Source of the DNA: a virus | Taxonomy: Duplodnaviria > Caudoviricetes | Reading direction: 5' to 3' (one strand) | Length of the DNA stretch: 64,000 nucleotides | Virus record (IMG/VR): IMGVR_UViG_2908446538_000001 | Location: 1 to 64,000 of that record | Shown: positions 45,058 to 54,788 of the stretch, one piece after another | How positions within the stretch are numbered: position 1 is the stretch's first letter | Layout of the letters: the number at the start of each line of letters is the position of its first letter | The notes under the pieces: generated by a model | Database searches by the model: none | What the model was told of the DNA's origin: nothing | What the model saw: only the letters and a program-made list of their open reading frames with translations | Program-made: the position numbers and the translations under genes

Positions 45058-45396
45058 ATGGCGATCGAGACATTCACCTGGGCCACCCAGCACGGGGAGG
45101 CGCCCGATATTACCTATCGGGTGCGCACCTCGCAGTTCGGGGACGGCTACAAGCAAGAGGTCGGGGACGGGATCAACAACAAAGTCGATTCCTACCCGAT
45201 CACCCACACGGGCGGACAGGCGAGAGCGCTGGAAATTATGGCGTTCTTCGACCGTCATAAGGGTGCCAAAGCCTTTCTCTGGACAACCCCGCTTGGCCAG
45301 CTTGGCCTGTTCACCTGCAAAAACCCAACCCCTACGCCTATGGGCGGGGGAGTATTCAAATTGACGGCGACGTTCGAGCGCGCTTTCCACCCGTAA
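45058..45396 (+). CDS. Distal tail protein (lambda M-like)
   Basis: FGDGYKQ...GINN, FLWTTP. Confidence 0.88.
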   Translation: MAIETFTWATQHGEAPDITYRVRTSQFGDGYKQEVGDGINNKVDSYPITHTGGQARALEIMAFFDRHKGAKAFLWTTPLGQLGLFTCKNPTPTPMGGGVFKLTATFERAFHP

Positions 45397-45406
45397 AGGT
45401 CAATCC

Positions 45407-46156
45407 ATGTCGCTGATCAACGCTATCCAGACTCTTGAGCCTGGCAATGAAGTCATGCTGTTCGAATTGGACGGCAGCGATTACGGCGCCGATGTTCTGC
45501 GCTTCCACGGGCACGCAATACCGCATACCCCTGCGGAACTGATCGCCGCCGGCGGTGACGCCGATCAGCTGCCGGCGAAGTCGATCTGGTGGAAGGGCGA
45601 AGAGTACGGCGCCTGGCCCATGCAGTACGAGGGCAGCGAGGCGAACGGCGACGGCACTGCGGTAAGGCCCAAGCTGTCGGTCGGTAACGTGAACGGGCGC
45701 ATCACCGCGCTGTGCCTGGCCTTCGAGGATCTGCTCGAGTTCAAACTGACAATTCGCAACACGCTGGCCGAGTTTCTCGACGCGGTGAACTTCGAAGGCG
45801 GCAACCCCACGGCCGATCCCACTCAAGAATCGATCGAGGTCTGGTATGTAGACCAGAAGGCCAACGAGGACGGCGAGACGGTCAGTTGGGACTTGGCCAG
45901 CCCGGGCGATGTCGGCGGCGAGACGATCGGCAGGCAGATGACCACGCTATGCCACTGGTGCCTCACCGGTGGCTACCGTGGCCCGAACTGTGGATACACC
46001 GGCCCATACGTCACCAAGGACGGCGTCGTCACCGACAACCCAGAACTGGACGTGTGCGACGCCACTCTGGGCAAGGGCTGTATTCCGCGTTTCGGCGAGG
46101 GCAATGCCTACCCGTTCGGCGGTTTTCCCGCCGTTTCCTTGATCGCTCGGAGCTGA
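45407..46156 (+). CDS. Minor tail protein L
   Basis: Cys cluster CHW..YRGPNCGY..CDATL..C..RFG. Confidence 0.9.
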   Translation: MSLINAIQTLEPGNEVMLFELDGSDYGADVLRFHGHAIPHTPAELIAAGGDADQLPAKSIWWKGEEYGAWPMQYEGSEANGDGTAVRPKLSVGNVNGRITALCLAFEDLLEFKLTIRNTLAEFLDAVNFEGGNPTADPTQESIEVWYVDQKANEDGETVSWDLASPGDVGGETIGRQMTTLCHWCLTGGYRGPNCGYTGPYVTKDGVVTDNPELDVCDATLGKGCIPRFGEGNAYPFGGFPAVSLIARS

Positions 46157-46158
46157 CC

Positions 46159-46914
46159 ATGCGCAAACACATCATTGCGGCCATTCAGGCGCATGCGGCG
46201 GCCGAGTACCCGAAGGAGTGCTGTGGGTTGGTGCTGGCCGTGGGCCGGGCGCAGAAGTACTTCCCGTGCCGTAACATCGCAACCGAGCCCAACGAAGAGT
46301 TCCGGCTTGAGCCAGAGGATTACGCCGCGGCGGAAGACCAGGGCCAGGTGATCGGTATCGTGCATTCGCATCCGGACGCCACCAGCAGGCCGTCATCGCG
46401 CGACCTGGCGATGTGCGAGGCTACGGCCTTGCCCTGGCACATTCTGTCATGGCCTGAAGGGGATTTAAGGACGATCACGCCGACGGGCAGCACGCCGCTG
46501 CTCAAGCGCCCGTTCGTACACGGCGCCTGGGACTGCTGGCAGGTCTGCGCGGATTGGTATCAGCGTGAATGGGGGCTCCAGTTTGAAGCTTTCCAGCGCG
46601 CCGATGGCTGGTGGGAGAGTGCAGACAGCACAAGCCTTTATGAATCGAACTACGCCGCCGCCGGATTCGAGCAGGTCGACAGCCCGCGGCGAGGCGACAT
46701 GATCGTAATGGAGGTAGGCCGCACGGCTCACCCGAACCACGCAGGGATCTATCTGGGAACTGACCCGTTGCTTCCCGGTGAAGATTCCGGAGTGTTCGGG
46801 CCTGGTCCGTTCGTACTGCACCACCTGTATGGCCGTCCGTCCGAGGTGTTCGTCTACGGCGGTCCGTGGCTCCAGCGCACCCGCTTAATTCTTCGACACA
46901 AGGAGGCCCGATGA
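46159..46914 (+). CDS. Tail assembly protein K (JAB + NlpC/P60)
   Basis: PKECCG, HSHPD, WDCWQ, HAGIY. Confidence 0.92.
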   Translation: MRKHIIAAIQAHAAAEYPKECCGLVLAVGRAQKYFPCRNIATEPNEEFRLEPEDYAAAEDQGQVIGIVHSHPDATSRPSSRDLAMCEATALPWHILSWPEGDLRTITPTGSTPLLKRPFVHGAWDCWQVCADWYQREWGLQFEAFQRADGWWESADSTSLYESNYAAAGFEQVDSPRRGDMIVMEVGRTAHPNHAGIYLGTDPLLPGEDSGVFGPGPFVLHHLYGRPSEVFVYGGPWLQRTRLILRHKEAR

Positions 46915-47492
46915 GCGCCATCGTTTATTCGCCGATGACCACAATCAAACTGTCCTGCTCACTGGCTCAGAAGTTCGGCCGGCTGCACCGCCGCCAAGTT
47001 TCATCTGGCGACACATGGGAGGTTTTCCGGGCTCTGAAGGCGACTATCCAAGGTTTCGACGAAGAAATTCGGCGCCTTGACCGACTCGGCATGCGATTTG
47101 CCATCTTTCGCAACCGAAAAAATGTCGGTGTCGATGAGTTCGGCATGGGCGGTGCCAGGGAGATACGCATCGTTCCGGTGGTTGAGGGGTCTAAGCGTGC
47201 TGGGCTGCTCCAGACAATCATAGGTGTGGTGCTGATCGCGGCGTCATATTTTACCGGGGGTTCTACTCTGGCTTCTGGCATCGCGCTGACTGCGGGAGGC
47301 GTTATCCAGATGCTCAGCCCTCAAGCCGCAGGCCTCAAGCAAAGCGCCTCTCCGGAAAACATGCCCAGCTATGCATTTGGCTCGGCAAAGAACACCACGG
47401 CGAGCGGCAACCCCGTCCCCATCTGCATCGGTGATCGCCGGTGGGGCGGGGCAATCATCTCGGCATCGATCTATGCCGAGGACAAGACATAA
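46911..47492 (+). CDS. Tail assembly protein I
   Basis: IRIVPVVEGSKRAG, SYAFGS.KNTTASGNPVP. Confidence 0.9.
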   Translation: MSAIVYSPMTTIKLSCSLAQKFGRLHRRQVSSGDTWEVFRALKATIQGFDEEIRRLDRLGMRFAIFRNRKNVGVDEFGMGGAREIRIVPVVEGSKRAGLLQTIIGVVLIAASYFTGGSTLASGIALTAGGVIQMLSPQAAGLKQSASPENMPSYAFGSAKNTTASGNPVPICIGDRRWGGAIISASIYAEDKT

Positions 47493-47549
47493 ACGCAACG
47501 CAGCGAACAGGCCGCCCAAGAGGCGGTTTTTTATTGCCTGGAGGAAAGC

Positions 47550-50500
47550 ATGGGCGCAGCACAGAAGCTGGATATACACGGCGCCAAAGGTGGCGAGAGC
47601 AAGCCGAAGTCTCCGGTAGAGTCACCCGACAGCCTGCGCTCGACCAACGTGGCCAAAATCCTGATCGCCGTGGGCGAGGGTGAATTCGACGGAACACCCA
47701 CTGCGCGCGATATCTTCCTCGACAACACCCCAATCCAGGATGCCAGCGGCAACTACAACTTCACCAACGTGAAGTGGGACTGGCGTCCGGGTTCTGTCGA
47801 GCAGACCTACATCCCGGGTATACCATCGGTCGACAACGAGACCTCGCTGAATATAGAGCTGCGTAGCGGAACGCCGTGGGTTCAGTCGCTGACCAACCTG
47901 CAGCTGTCGGCGGCACGTATTCGCCTGGCTACGCCGCGGCTTGCGAGCCAGGACAACGAAGGCAATATTGGTGGTTACAGCATCCAGTACGCGGTCGACG
48001 TGGCCACCGATGGTGGGGCCTATCAGGAGGTATTGGTTGGCGCTATTACAGGCAAAGCCACCACTCGCTACGAAAAGTCCATGCGTATCGATTTGCCGCC
48101 GGCCACCAGTGGATGGCTGATTCGCGTTCGCCGCATTACCCCAAACCAGAACACCGACAAGATTGCAGATAGCCTGTTCATCGCCGGCTACACCCAGGTG
48201 ATCGATGCAAAGCTGCGCTACCCGAACACCGCGCTACTTTTTGTGCAATTCGACGCCGAGCAGTTCACCAAAATCCCGGCGGTCACCGTGAAGTGCAAGG
48301 CCCGCCGCTGGCAGGTGCCGAGCAACTACGACCCGGTGGCCCGCACGTACTCTGGCGCCTGGGATGGCACCATGAAGGAGGCGTGGACGAATAACCCCGC
48401 CTGGGTCACTTACGGTATCTGCACTCAGGACCGCTTCGGCCTTGGTAAGCGCATAAAACCGTGGATGGTCGACAAGTGGGAGCTGTACCGCATCGCGCAG
48501 TACTGCGACCAGTTGGTGTCGAACGGTGCCGACGGCGTTGAGCCGCGTTTCCTGTGCGACATGAACCTGCAGGGCAAAGCCGATGCATGGTCTCTGCTGC
48601 GTGATATCGCCGGCATTTATCGCGGCATGACGTACTGGGCTCAAGGTCAACTGGTCATGCAGGCAGATATGCCGCGCTCGCAAGATATCGACTACGTCTT
48701 TACCCGCTCCAATGTGATCGACGGGAAGATCTCGTACGGCAGCGCCTCGGCGAAAACGCGTTTCACTCGGTGCCTGGTCAGCTATGACAATCCGCTGAAC
48801 AACTACGACACCGACGTCACCGTCTATTCCGACCTGCCGCTGCAGCGCCGTTTGGGCGACAAGCCAACTGAAATCAGTGCCATCGGCTGCACTCGGGCAT
48901 CTGAGGCCCAGCGCCGCGCTAAATGGCTGGTGCTGAGCAACAACCAGGACCGCACCATCAGCTTCAGGACCGGTATGGAAGGCCGTATCCCGCTGCCAGG
49001 GTTCATCATCCCCGTTGCCGACTCGTTGCTGGCTGGTCGGGAGATCGGCGGGCGCATTGCGGCGGCGTCAGGGAAGGTCATTACCCTGGACCGTGACACC
49101 CTGGCCAAGGCGGGTGACCGGTTGGTGGTCAACCTTCCCGGCGGGCGGGCAGAAGGCCGCACCGTGGAAAGCGTGAGCGATCGCAACGTAACCGTGACCA
49201 TTGCTTACAGCGAGGCACCAGCTGCACAGCTTCAGTGGGCAATCGACGCTGACGACCTGGCAATCCCTCTATATAGAGTGATGAGGACTGCACGGACGCC
49301 AGGGGGCGATTACGAAATCAGCGCCTTGCAGTACGAGCCAAGCAAGTTCGCCAGCATCGACACTGGCGCACGCCTCGAAGACCGCCCGATCAGCGTCATA
49401 CCAATCACGGTGGTGCCGCCGCCGGAAAGCGTAACCGTCACGTCGAACGTGTCGATCGACCAGGGCCTGGCCATCAGCACCATGAACATCTCGTGGCCAG
49501 CCGTCACCGGCGCGGTCGCCTACGACGTGGAGTGGCGCAAGGACAGCGGCAACTGGATCAAGGTGCAACGCACCGGCTCCACCAGCCTTGATGTCACCGG
49601 GATTTACGCGGGCGCCTATCTGGCCCGCGTGCGCTCGGTGAGCGCCTTCGAAATCTCGTCGATCTGGAAGAGCTCAAACCTGACCAACTTGGAAGGCAAG
49701 GTTGGCCTGCCGCCGGCGGTGTCTTCCCTGACCACAACCAGCGAATTGTTTGGGGTCGGCATCAAGTGGGGCTTCCCACCTGGTGCAGAGGACACCCAGC
49801 GAACCGAGGTGTGGTATGGGCCTGCAAACGATCTGGGAGCCGCTACCAAGCTGGCCGACCTGGCTTACCCGCAGGCTGAATACCGCATGCAGCAGCTGCA
49901 GGCGGGCGCAACCCTGTTCTTCTGGGCGCGCTTGGTGGACCGTACCGGCAACGTCGGGCCGTTCTATCCGGTTGTCGACGGGGTTATGGGGCAGGCCAGC
50001 TCTGAGGCTGGGCCAATCCTCGATCTGCTCGCCGGCAAGGTCACGAAAACTGAGCTGGGCAAGGATCTTCTGGATGAGCTTGAAGGCCTGCAGGACCAGA
50101 TCGACTCGCTTGATGGTTTGAAGGGCTACGATCCAGAAGCCACCTACCTGAAAGGCCAGATGGTGGTGGAGGGTGGGCGAATCTATCAGGCCTTCGTAGA
50201 TGTTCCGGTAGGCACACCACCGCCGAACGGCGCTTTCTGGCTGGATGTTGGCCAGTCTGTCGAGACTGCGAACGGCCTGGCCCAGCAAGTGGCAACCAAC
50301 AAAGCGGACATCACGGAGCTCGACGGCGTCGTCACGGCCCAGGCCAGCATGACCAACGCATTGCGCGCCTCGGCGCGCGATGACAGTGGCAGCGGTGCGA
50401 AGGCTGATGCACTGAGAGGATACGCCAGCACTGTCGCTATCGTCGAAGAGAGCAAGGTCAGGGCTACCGCCATCGAGGCCGAAGCGACCAAGACAACGAA

Positions 50501-51008
50501 GCTTGAAGCGACTGTTGGACAGAACACTTCTGCCATTCAGCAAACGTCCTCAGCGTTGGCCAACACCAATGGCCGGCTGCAGACATTGTGGTCAGTGAAG
50601 ATGGAGACCACCGCCGGTGGACAGAGGTACGCGGCCTCGTTCGGTCTCGGTCTTCAGGTCGATCCATCTGGTGTGTCGTCACAGTTCGTGGTCAGGGCTG
50701 ACACGTTCATGCTGTTGAACTTGAATAACGGCACGCCGGTGTCACCGTTCTCTGTGTCTGGCGGGCAAACCTTTGTCAGTTCGGCGTTTATTCAGGATGG
50801 CACCATCACCAACGCTAAGATCGGCGAATACATCAGCTCGACCAACTACATCGCTGGCCAGCAGGGCTGGATTCTCCGGAAGGATGGATCGTTCGAAATC
50901 AACGGGATTGTTCCTGGTCAAGGGCGCTCCATGATGACGAATCGCTCTATGCGGTTTTGGGATAACAATAACATGAAGAGAGTGCAGCTAGGAGATCAAA
51001 CCGAATGA
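47550..51008 (+). CDS. Central tail tip / host-specificity protein J
   Basis: 1152 aa; FN3-like and DUF1983-like C-terminal segments. Confidence 0.93.
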   Translation: MGAAQKLDIHGAKGGESKPKSPVESPDSLRSTNVAKILIAVGEGEFDGTPTARDIFLDNTPIQDASGNYNFTNVKWDWRPGSVEQTYIPGIPSVDNETSLNIELRSGTPWVQSLTNLQLSAARIRLATPRLASQDNEGNIGGYSIQYAVDVATDGGAYQEVLVGAITGKATTRYEKSMRIDLPPATSGWLIRVRRITPNQNTDKIADSLFIAGYTQVIDAKLRYPNTALLFVQFDAEQFTKIPAVTVKCKARRWQVPSNYDPVARTYSGAWDGTMKEAWTNNPAWVTYGICTQDRFGLGKRIKPWMVDKWELYRIAQYCDQLVSNGADGVEPRFLCDMNLQGKADAWSLLRDIAGIYRGMTYWAQGQLVMQADMPRSQDIDYVFTRSNVIDGKISYGSASAKTRFTRCLVSYDNPLNNYDTDVTVYSDLPLQRRLGDKPTEISAIGCTRASEAQRRAKWLVLSNNQDRTISFRTGMEGRIPLPGFIIPVADSLLAGREIGGRIAAASGKVITLDRDTLAKAGDRLVVNLPGGRAEGRTVESVSDRNVTVTIAYSEAPAAQLQWAIDADDLAIPLYRVMRTARTPGGDYEISALQYEPSKFASIDTGARLEDRPISVIPITVVPPPESVTVTSNVSIDQGLAISTMNISWPAVTGAVAYDVEWRKDSGNWIKVQRTGSTSLDVTGIYAGAYLARVRSVSAFEISSIWKSSNLTNLEGKVGLPPAVSSLTTTSELFGVGIKWGFPPGAEDTQRTEVWYGPANDLGAATKLADLAYPQAEYRMQQLQAGATLFFWARLVDRTGNVGPFYPVVDGVMGQASSEAGPILDLLAGKVTKTELGKDLLDELEGLQDQIDSLDGLKGYDPEATYLKGQMVVEGGRIYQAFVDVPVGTPPPNGAFWLDVGQSVETANGLAQQVATNKADITELDGVVTAQASMTNALRASARDDSGSGAKADALRGYASTVAIVEESKVRATAIEAEATKTTKLEATVGQNTSAIQQTSSALANTNGRLQTLWSVKMETTAGGQRYAASFGLGLQVDPSGVSSQFVVRADTFMLLNLNNGTPVSPFSVSGGQTFVSSAFIQDGTITNAKIGEYISSTNYIAGQQGWILRKDGSFEINGIVPGQGRSMMTNRSMRFWDNNNMKRVQLGDQTE

Positions 51009-51334
51009 GTTCTGGATTGCGATTGTGGTCATCAACTGGGGCTCTTGAGTTTGATACCAGCACATCTACTTACAGAATCGTTCTTTCTGTGCTGGTTTCT
51101 TATGCGGGCGAACCAAGGAGTCAAAAAACTTTTTCCGTTCCTGGGTGTAATCCAAGTAATTCGATCTGCTTTCTTTTGCCGGTTAATAATGATGCGTCGC
51201 AAACCGCTACCAATAGGCAACTTGAGTGCCAAATTGGTGAGGGTATTGCCTACGTGAGGAACTATCTTGCGTCTAACCCTAATGACTCTATCTCCCAGGC
51301 AACAATGCGATTAATGGTTGCGAGGTGGGCTTGA
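51005..51334 (+). CDS. Tail-tip accessory protein
   Basis: SGLRLWSSTGALEFD start; AT-rich; ATGA overlap with J. Confidence 0.65.
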   Translation: MSSGLRLWSSTGALEFDTSTSTYRIVLSVLVSYAGEPRSQKTFSVPGCNPSNSICFLLPVNNDASQTATNRQLECQIGEGIAYVRNYLASNPNDSISQATMRLMVARWA

Positions 51335-51981
51335 TGAGCTATGGGCTAACAGTTATCAATGACTCAAGTGTAGTGTCTATTGATTCGGAATACGCACGGC
51401 TTTGCGTATTCCATAAGGGGACTTACACCGCGAACGTAGGCATAACGTTTCAGAACGTTGTAACTACCCAGGAACCTCCGCTTGTTTTTATAAGGCCCCA
51501 GAATAACGGTGCATTCATACAGCTGGGCTTGACTCTAGGCGGTTCCGCCGGTGCTTGGGCCGGAGCCACTGTTGTTTCGGGGCAGGCTCACTCTGGGGAA
51601 ATATTTGTAGCGGCATTTTCATCAAAACCCATAACTTCATATGGATTGCGGATGTGGGATGCTGACTCAAAGCAGATATTTGACTCTGGAACTCAAGCTG
51701 TAATTTTTACTCGCGCGGTTCAAAACTGGAGTTATACACATACTACCTATAGCTCTCAGGGGTTGCCGACAAATTGGTACGCTATTACTTTGAACTACGC
51801 GCTTGGTGATTACCTAATGATAAATAACGCGAGAATGCCCATGATGGGGGCAAATAACGAGACCCGCTCCGGGGGACTTAGGTATGATTTTGCATCTTCC
51901 GTTTTGAGATTTAGTGTTACAACGGTTTCAAATCCATTTTACTTCTCGCTCCAGGCTATTTTCGGAAAGATTGCAGTCTGA
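51334..51981 (+). CDS. Tail-tip accessory protein
   Basis: YGLTVIND...YGLRMWDADSKQIFDS; AT-rich. Confidence 0.65.
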   Translation: MSYGLTVINDSSVVSIDSEYARLCVFHKGTYTANVGITFQNVVTTQEPPLVFIRPQNNGAFIQLGLTLGGSAGAWAGATVVSGQAHSGEIFVAAFSSKPITSYGLRMWDADSKQIFDSGTQAVIFTRAVQNWSYTHTTYSSQGLPTNWYAITLNYALGDYLMINNARMPMMGANNETRSGGLRYDFASSVLRFSVTTVSNPFYFSLQAIFGKIAV

Positions 51982-52051
51982 CATATGACTCTGTAATAAA
52001 TTGAAGTTTTATACGCCGCCTTGATCGGTTTTTTATTGCTTGGAGAAAGTT

Positions 52052-52780
52052 ATGGTTTGGCAACGAGCAGGAACTGTTTCTGTGCAAAATGGCAGCACTA
52101 CAGTCATCGGCACGAACGTAGATTTCGCCGCAAGTAGCAGGAACGGCGACTCATTCGTTGGCCCAGACGGGGCGACTTATGAGTTGGCGAACGTCGCAAG
52201 CTCCACCGTTATCTCGATCCTGCCAGAGTACAAAGGGCCAACTGTAGCCGGCGCTGCCTACGCCATCATGCCGGTGCAGGGCTACGACAAAATGCTGTCG
52301 GATGCCTTCAATAACTTGAATAACCAGTTCGGTTCGAAGCTGGCGGCGCTGGGCACCACGGGCAACTACGACATTCTGCCTGTCAGCAAAGGCGGTACGG
52401 GTCGCGCATCGGTCGGCACGGCAATTGACTCGGATGTTACGACCGGGGCCATATCCGGTACTGCGGGGCAACTTCTTAAAGTCGGTGACTTCGGTATCGG
52501 TTCTACCTCGGTTCCTTATATAGCAAACGTGAACGAGATCTCAAAGGCAGGGATTTATAAGTTCGACTCTAATACCCTGGCTCTTCCGTCGGGATTCGGC
52601 ACCGTCACTCATTGCGCTTATGACGCATCCAGCAGCAACTGGACGCAGCAGGCCTTCTATATGAACTCTTCTGTGTCCTATTTCAGGCAGTCAATCAACG
52701 GATCAATAAGCGATTGGGCGAAGGTTTACACCACCGCCAATACCACCCGAATGGCCGACGGTACACTCAAGGCGATCTGA
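52052..52780 (+). CDS. Short side tail fibre-like protein
   Basis: W.RAGTVSV.NGSTTV.G N-terminus; GQLLKVGDFGIG motif. Confidence 0.75.
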   Translation: MVWQRAGTVSVQNGSTTVIGTNVDFAASSRNGDSFVGPDGATYELANVASSTVISILPEYKGPTVAGAAYAIMPVQGYDKMLSDAFNNLNNQFGSKLAALGTTGNYDILPVSKGGTGRASVGTAIDSDVTTGAISGTAGQLLKVGDFGIGSTSVPYIANVNEISKAGIYKFDSNTLALPSGFGTVTHCAYDASSSNWTQQAFYMNSSVSYFRQSINGSISDWAKVYTTANTTRMADGTLKAI

Positions 52781-52782
52781 TC

Positions 52783-53169
52783 ATGGCAAGAGCAGCTTTA
52801 AATATCGTCGGCAAGACCGGCGAGAAGTATTTCATGGACTCAATGGGCGGCACCGACGTTGGTTGCTACCGCAAAGACGTAGGCGTGTATTGCGTCACCG
52901 GCAGCCAAGGCATGGTGCCTTATCCCCCTGAGGATGTGGGCTGGGGCTACACACTTCACCCATCCGAGAGCCGGGCAGAGGTGGAAACGGATTTTCAAGA
53001 TGGCCTGCTCACCATTTATGTGACCATGCGCGGCGCGCCATACGACCTCAAGACCATAATCACTTTGCACATTTTGGTGCCAGACTTGCCTGCGTCGCAG
53101 AATCCGCCAATCGTCAGCACCGCGTCAGCGGGAGATCCTCAGCCACTTGGCGATACCGCTGAATCCTGA
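52783..53169 (+). CDS. Tail fibre-associated protein
   Basis: RKDVGVYCVTGS.GM motif; follows fibre gene. Confidence 0.6.
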   Translation: MARAALNIVGKTGEKYFMDSMGGTDVGCYRKDVGVYCVTGSQGMVPYPPEDVGWGYTLHPSESRAEVETDFQDGLLTIYVTMRGAPYDLKTIITLHILVPDLPASQNPPIVSTASAGDPQPLGDTAES

Positions 53170-53225
53170 GAAACGCCAGAACACCACGGCCGCCTTGAGC
53201 GGTTTTTTTTCGCCTGGAGAAAAGC

Positions 53226-53651
53226 ATGCCTATCACCGAAACCCGTGGGGTGCGCAATAAGAACCCCGGCAACATCGACTACAGCCCGGCCAACCAGTGG
53301 CAAGGCCAGCTCAAGCCCGACCCGTCCATCGAGAAGCGCTTCGCCAGGTTTGACACCGCCGAGAACGGTATCCGCGCCCTGGGCAAGGTGCTGCTGACGT
53401 ACCAGCGCAAGCATGGCTTGAAGACCGTGGAGGCCATCATTGGCCGCTGGGCGCCGAGCGGGGAGAATGATACGGCCGCTTACGTCGGTGCCGTCGAAGC
53501 GAACACCGGTACCCGGCCAGGTGCCGAAGTCGACCTGACGCGGCCGGCGGTGATGACCGGTTTCGTCAAGGCGATCATCCATCACGAAAACGCGGGGTAT
53601 GCCTACCCTGATGCTGTGCTGGCTGAAGGCGTGCGGCGGGCGCTGGCATGA
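53226..53651 (+). CDS. Endolysin / lysozyme-like protein
   Basis: RGVRNKNPGNI, FDTAENGIRA, RWAP..ENDT.AY, AII.HEN; precedes spanins. Confidence 0.8.
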   Translation: MPITETRGVRNKNPGNIDYSPANQWQGQLKPDPSIEKRFARFDTAENGIRALGKVLLTYQRKHGLKTVEAIIGRWAPSGENDTAAYVGAVEANTGTRPGAEVDLTRPAVMTGFVKAIIHHENAGYAYPDAVLAEGVRRALA

Positions 53652-54178
53652 TGCCTGCGCAGAAACTGGTCGGGCTGGCTGTGTTGGTTATGGTGCTGAT
53701 GGCCGGTGCCTGCGGCGTGACCTGGCAGGTTCAGGACTGGCGCCTGGGGAAGAAGCTCGCCGAGCAGCTCACGGAGCAGGGCATTGCGCACCAGAAAGAT
53801 CTGGACGCAATCACCGGCGAGGCCTGGCGTCAGCAGGCCGCCGAGCAAGACAAGCGGCTGGCCACTGAGCAGCAGCTCGCCACCGTGGACCAACAACACA
53901 CCAAGGAATTATCCGATGCCCAGCGCAATCAGGCTCTGCTGCGTGATCACCTTGCTACTACTGAACTGCGGCTGTCAGTCCTTATCGACGCCACGGATTC
54001 AGCCAGTGGCTGCGACGTGCCTGCCGCCCCCGGCGCCGCAGGCGTGGTTCATGCAGCCCGTCGAGCCCAACTTGACCCAGCGCATGCTCAAAGAATTATC
54101 GCCATCACCGACGATGGGGATAACGCCGTGATCGCGCTGCGTGCGTGCCAGGCGTACGTCAGGGCTGTGGCTCGGTGA
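53648..54178 (+). CDS. Rz: i-spanin
   Basis: N-terminal TM, coiled coil, ALRACQAYV end. Confidence 0.88.
   Translation: MMPAQKLVGLAVLVMVLMAGACGVTWQVQDWRLGKKLAEQLTEQGIAHQKDLDAITGEAWRQQAAEQDKRLATEQQLATVDQQHTKELSDAQRNQALLRDHLATTELRLSVLIDATDSASGCDVPAAPGAAGVVHAARRAQLDPAHAQRIIAITDDGDNAVIALRACQAYVRAVAR
53916..54131 (+). CDS. Rz1: o-spanin embedded in Rz
   Basis: AAGGA RBS, hydrophobic signal ending ..NCGC, Pro-rich, alternative frame inside Rz. Confidence 0.8.
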   Translation: MPSAIRLCCVITLLLLNCGCQSLSTPRIQPVAATCLPPPAPQAWFMQPVEPNLTQRMLKELSPSPTMGITP

Positions 54179-54512
54179 CGTTCTTCAACTCCATTAGCAG
54201 CCGCTGATTCTCCCTGAGCAGATAGTCGCGCTGTTCGGCAACGAGTTTCATGCTGAGGATGGCGGGCTCGGAGCATTTCTCTTTGAGCGCGTCGATCTCG
54301 ACCAGGGCAGCCGTCAGGGCTTCTTCCGCTTTGGCCTTGCCGGTGGCCAGCGCGTCATTCATCTGCACCAGCCCGGCGATATTCTTCCGCGCCTTGCTCA
54401 GCAGCGCCTGGGCTTGGGTCAGCTCGTCCTCCAACAGGGCGCACTGGTGTTTATACATTTCCAGGGGCGTAGGGCAGCCGAGCCACGCGGAGGTGTCTTC
54501 GTCGATGTTCAT
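54159..54512 (-). CDS. Coiled-coil protein with upstream SOS box
   Basis: MNIDEDTSAWLGCPTPLEMYKHQCALLEDEL. Confidence 0.7.
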   Translation of the reverse strand: MNIDEDTSAWLGCPTPLEMYKHQCALLEDELTQAQALLSKARKNIAGLVQMNDALATGKAKAEEALTAALVEIDALKEKCSEPAILSMKLVAEQRDYLLRENQRLLMELKNVTEPQP

Positions 54513-54530
54513 GGTGAGGTAATCCGAATG

Positions 54531-54546
54531 CTGTATGCACATACAG
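54531..54546. promoter_or_regulatory. LexA (SOS) box
   Basis: CTGTATGCACATACAG fits CTGT-N8-ACAG. Confidence 0.8.
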
Positions 54547-54677
54547 TAGTCGAGGCGTTACGGATTTGGGAGTGGTGTTCGTCGGCAGGACGCCGGGGAT
54601 GGTGTATTTCTGTCTAATACTACCTGTAGCTAACTCGATTTCATTGGCCTTAAAGCCTCAAAAATCGCGGTATGGTT

Positions 54678-54788
54678 TTAGACATAGGAACCGCGAAAGC
54701 CACGCTCTACATGGCTTTCGCATCGATCAAGCCCATACTGCTGCATCATTGGCGTGTGGGAAGACAGATCGGACGTGTTTTTACTCAT
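54678..54788 (-). pseudogene. mutS: 5' fragment of mutS (18 codons) fused to 18 phage-derived codons
   Basis: MSKNTSDLSSHTPMMQQY is the Pseudomonas MutS N-terminus; the expected W-x-x-K continuation is replaced by GLDRCES...*. Confidence 0.85.

Larger units (their letters stand above)
1..54735. mobile_element. Lambdoid (siphovirus) prophage, left end outside window; right junction inside mutS 5' end
   Basis: Complete lambda-like gene order: recombination, cI/cro, O/P, nin, Q, terS/terL, portal, capsid, G/GT, TMP, M/L/K/I/J, endolysin, Rz/Rz1. Host mutS N-terminus begins immediately to the right. Confidence 0.95.

Noticed and set aside
47550-53169. DGR variable repeat in J or tail fibre
   Set aside because: No TR-like sequence found at the 3' ends of these genes on reading them.
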